Source: the human T2T-CHM13v2.0 reference genome, Homo sapiens. From it: DNA of 64,000 nucleotides. Positions 61,065-64,000 of the stretch are shown piece by piece. Under the pieces are notes generated by a model. That model had not been told where the DNA came from, ran no database searches, and saw only the letters and a list, made by a program, of their open reading frames with translations. Each line of letters opens with the position of its first letter. The stretch's first letter is position 1. A program made the translations under genes and the position numbers. The DNA lies in assembly GCF_009914755.1 (NCBI RefSeq), contig NC_060932.1. One strand, written 5' to 3'.

Positions 61065-62465
61065 AATATATATTTTTTAGTTTAAAGTTTACAGCTCAGG
61101 GTTTTCAATATATTCACAAAATTGTGCAACCATCACCACTATCTGATACTGGAACATTATCACAATCCTGAAAAGAAACTCTGTTCCCATTAGCAGTCAT
61201 CTCCTTTTCCCTCTTCCCAGGTTTCTGGCAACCTACTTTCAGTCTCTACTTCTTGTCTCTTTAGATTTCTACTTTTTGTCTCGAATCTACTTTCTGTCTC
61301 TATAGATTTGCCTATTCTGGACATTTCATAAAAATTGAATCACAAAATGTGTTTGTTTCTGGCTTTTCTTTACTTAGCATAATGTTTTTAATGTTCACCC
61401 ATGTTGTTGCCAGTATCAGTACTTGGTTCCTTTGTATAGCTGAATAATACTCCATTATATGAATATACCACATTTGTTTATCCATTCATCATTTGATGGA
61501 CATTTCTACTTTTTTGGCTATTCTAAATAATGCTGCTATACACATTCATGTGCAGGTTGATATGGACATATATTTTCATGTCTCTTGGGTAATACTTAGA
61601 ATTGTTGGGTCATATGGCAACTCTATGTTTAACTCCATGAGAAACTGCAAAATTGTTTTCTGAAGTGACTGCCCTATTTTACATTCCCACCAGCTATGTT
61701 TGAGGGTTCCAATGACTCACATCCTTTCTAATACTTGTTATTGTCCCTATTGTTGATTTTAGCCACCCTAGTTGATGTGAAGTCATGTGTACTTGATTTG
61801 CCTAATAACAAATGATGTTGAGCGTCTTTTCATATGCCCATTAGCCATTTGTATATCTTCCTTGGGGAAATACCTATCAAATCTTTGCCCATGTTTAAAT
61901 CGTGTTATTTTTCTTTTTATTATTGATTTGCAGGAGTCCTTAAATATTTTAGATACATACACCTGTTGAAATCAAAATAAAAATACACAGAAGACTTTCT
62001 GAATTTAACATTTTATTTGGGATACAAGAATTGCAATGAGGGACATACATACAGATAGGATGGTCTTCAGTATATCCGAAGAATGAAGAGAAGACTGGGA
62101 GTTTATAAAAAAGAGAAATGTTATGTATTGTTTTTCCAGAAAGTTCTTTGGCATTAGTCAAATTTTGGGGAGGTGGCAAGCTCTCATTGGTGAGTTATGG
62201 CAGTAAAACCAGTCTTAGAATTGCAGCAGGTTGTTTCAGCAGCCGTGAGATAAAACTGGTTTCAGGTTACAGCAGGCAATTTCAGCATCCAGGCTTGCAG
62301 AAAATTACATTCTCAAAGTGCTGTTACATTCCCTGAGTGCTTCTCCTAATGGCTTCTTGACTCTGTTTTAGTTGGGTGTGACAAGAATGACCCAATTCAC
62401 ATCACTTATTGGATATATGATTTGCAAATGTCTTTTCCTATTGTGTAGGCTGTCTTTTCACTTTA
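61065..62465 (-). mobile_element. L1MB 3' fragment interrupted by an ERV1-type LTR (~61964-62401)
   Basis: 'gatttgcctattctggacatttcata' L1MB motif. The inner element has tgttg...caca ends, and the L1 resumes at 'cttattggatatatgatttgcaaat'. Confidence 0.75.
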
Positions 62466-64000
62466 ACGGAGGGAACTCTTCATGTAGAAGGTGACATGTG
62501 GGATAGCTCCTGAAATGAATGGCAAAAATAGAATAAAGCTAAAAACTACTAAAATAAGAATATGCATTATAATATGTATGATAAACAGATTGTGTGATTA
62601 GGGCTGTTGCTCAACCATCTGTGCTGTGTATTTTTGTTTGCAGATCTATGATAACTTTCTGTGTTTCAAGTGTCACTGTTTAAGCTACTCTAAATTAAAG
62701 AAGAGCAAATTAAAAAGGCAAATTAAAGAAGAACAGCAATCTCTTTCTTGCTTCCTATATTGATCAATTCCCCTGATGAATGGTTTGCCAATTATCTATA
62801 AATACATTGGTAGGTATTTAAGGATAAGCAGACTAGAAACTGCATTTTCTAGGGCTTATTGGGAATAACATTCAGATAAGTCAATGTAATGTGGAAAATT
62901 TGCAAAACTTGCTTTCGTCTGTAAAGCTTGGAATGCATAGGGATAGAATGCACTTTTCTGTCTTAAAAGTGAAAAAGATGGTCATGAAGTCCTTCAAAGA
63001 AACATGGACACACACAGACACATTGGCTAAAATAGCAAAGACATACTGGAATTCCTAGTGATTTCACTGTGATTCCTAATGATTGTGTATGGTACACTGT
63101 GAACTAAGATCATAAATTAATGCCAAGTTAGACAAGTAAGTTTTTGACACTGGAAATGGACAATGTCGTTACTGTATAAGATAAAAATGAAAAAAATACT
63201 ATAATTAGGGACTGCCAGGCAGTAAATGAGATGCAGTTACCTGAAAGGGGAAATAAGAAAACATCTTACTTCACTGTATGCCAGTGAACGAAGTGTGATT
63301 TATACAGACAGTACTAAGTTAGGAAGGTGCCTTCCATGTGCAAGAAGAAAAAAACTAGGGGAAGAAAGTATATCCTGAAATATTCTTGGAGGCTTCTCTT
63401 TTCTGTCAACCTGAGAGATAATGATAGGAAGTTATGAGGAAGTGAGCTTTTCAATTATTGTGGACTGTTTTTATTTTTCTCAAAATCCCTTAGGTGAACA
63501 AAGGAAATCAAATCAATATAAACAATGGAAATGTCTGAGACATTTAGGAAATGGAAAACAATGTCCAACAGTAAGACTTGGACAGATCCAAACTGATACA
63601 GAAGTGGTGGAAAATTCCATCACCTTTGAATATTTACCCCCTCTGAAAATACAGCAGAACATCTACTGCTAACATCGTCAGTAGGACACTGAATTGGAAT
63701 GATTTAATCAATCAAATACATCAGTCAAATTTTTACTCCCCATATCCAGGAGAAGCAGTTTCTCACAGATGTTTTATTGATATGTAGGATCGCCAGGAAA
63801 AGAGACATTTTCCAAGGTAATCTGGGAAAAGTCTTGATTAGAATCATTTACGGTTATTTTGGTAGCTCTGGGTTATTAGGCTTAGCTACTAGGCTGCTCT
63901 GTATAAGGTCCTCAGAAGTTAATAGGAATTAAAATAGAAAGTCAGACCAGTAATGATCCGGAAGAGGATTATATCCCCCAATTAAGACCACAGGATTGGT

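Overview
Primate (most likely human) genomic DNA. The window opens with the last exon (exon 4, ECVMNNVTCTRIYEKVE*), 3' UTR and poly(A) signal of FABP5 on the + strand. The remaining ~63.6 kb is repeat-rich downstream sequence, which in human is the interval between FABP5 and the PMP2/FABP9/FABP4/FABP12 cluster on 8q21 (recalled, not shown by the sequence). It contains a full-length but inactivated L1PA3-type element (41443-47479, -), a 3'-truncated L1PB (21781-26438, +), about 14 Alus, many MaLR/ERV solo LTRs, L2/MIR/CR1 relics and hAT/Tc-mariner DNA elements. No other intact protein-coding gene is supported, and nearly all ORF-track entries are repeat-derived or noise. The most interesting unexplained signals are: (1) an ordered set of FABP-like exon relics (TATA + exon-1-like GxW motif at ~53.7 kb; an Alu-split exon-2-like segment at 54.8-55.2 kb), possibly a decayed unprocessed FABP paralogue; (2) a ~73-bp-arm hairpin 1 kb past the FABP5 poly(A) site whose four substitutions are all G-U wobbles on the sense strand; (3) a microhomology-associated ~165-bp local duplication; (4) two abutting perfect palindromes at 52650-52690. 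Repeat subfamily calls come from recalled consensus sequences and their boundaries are approximate.
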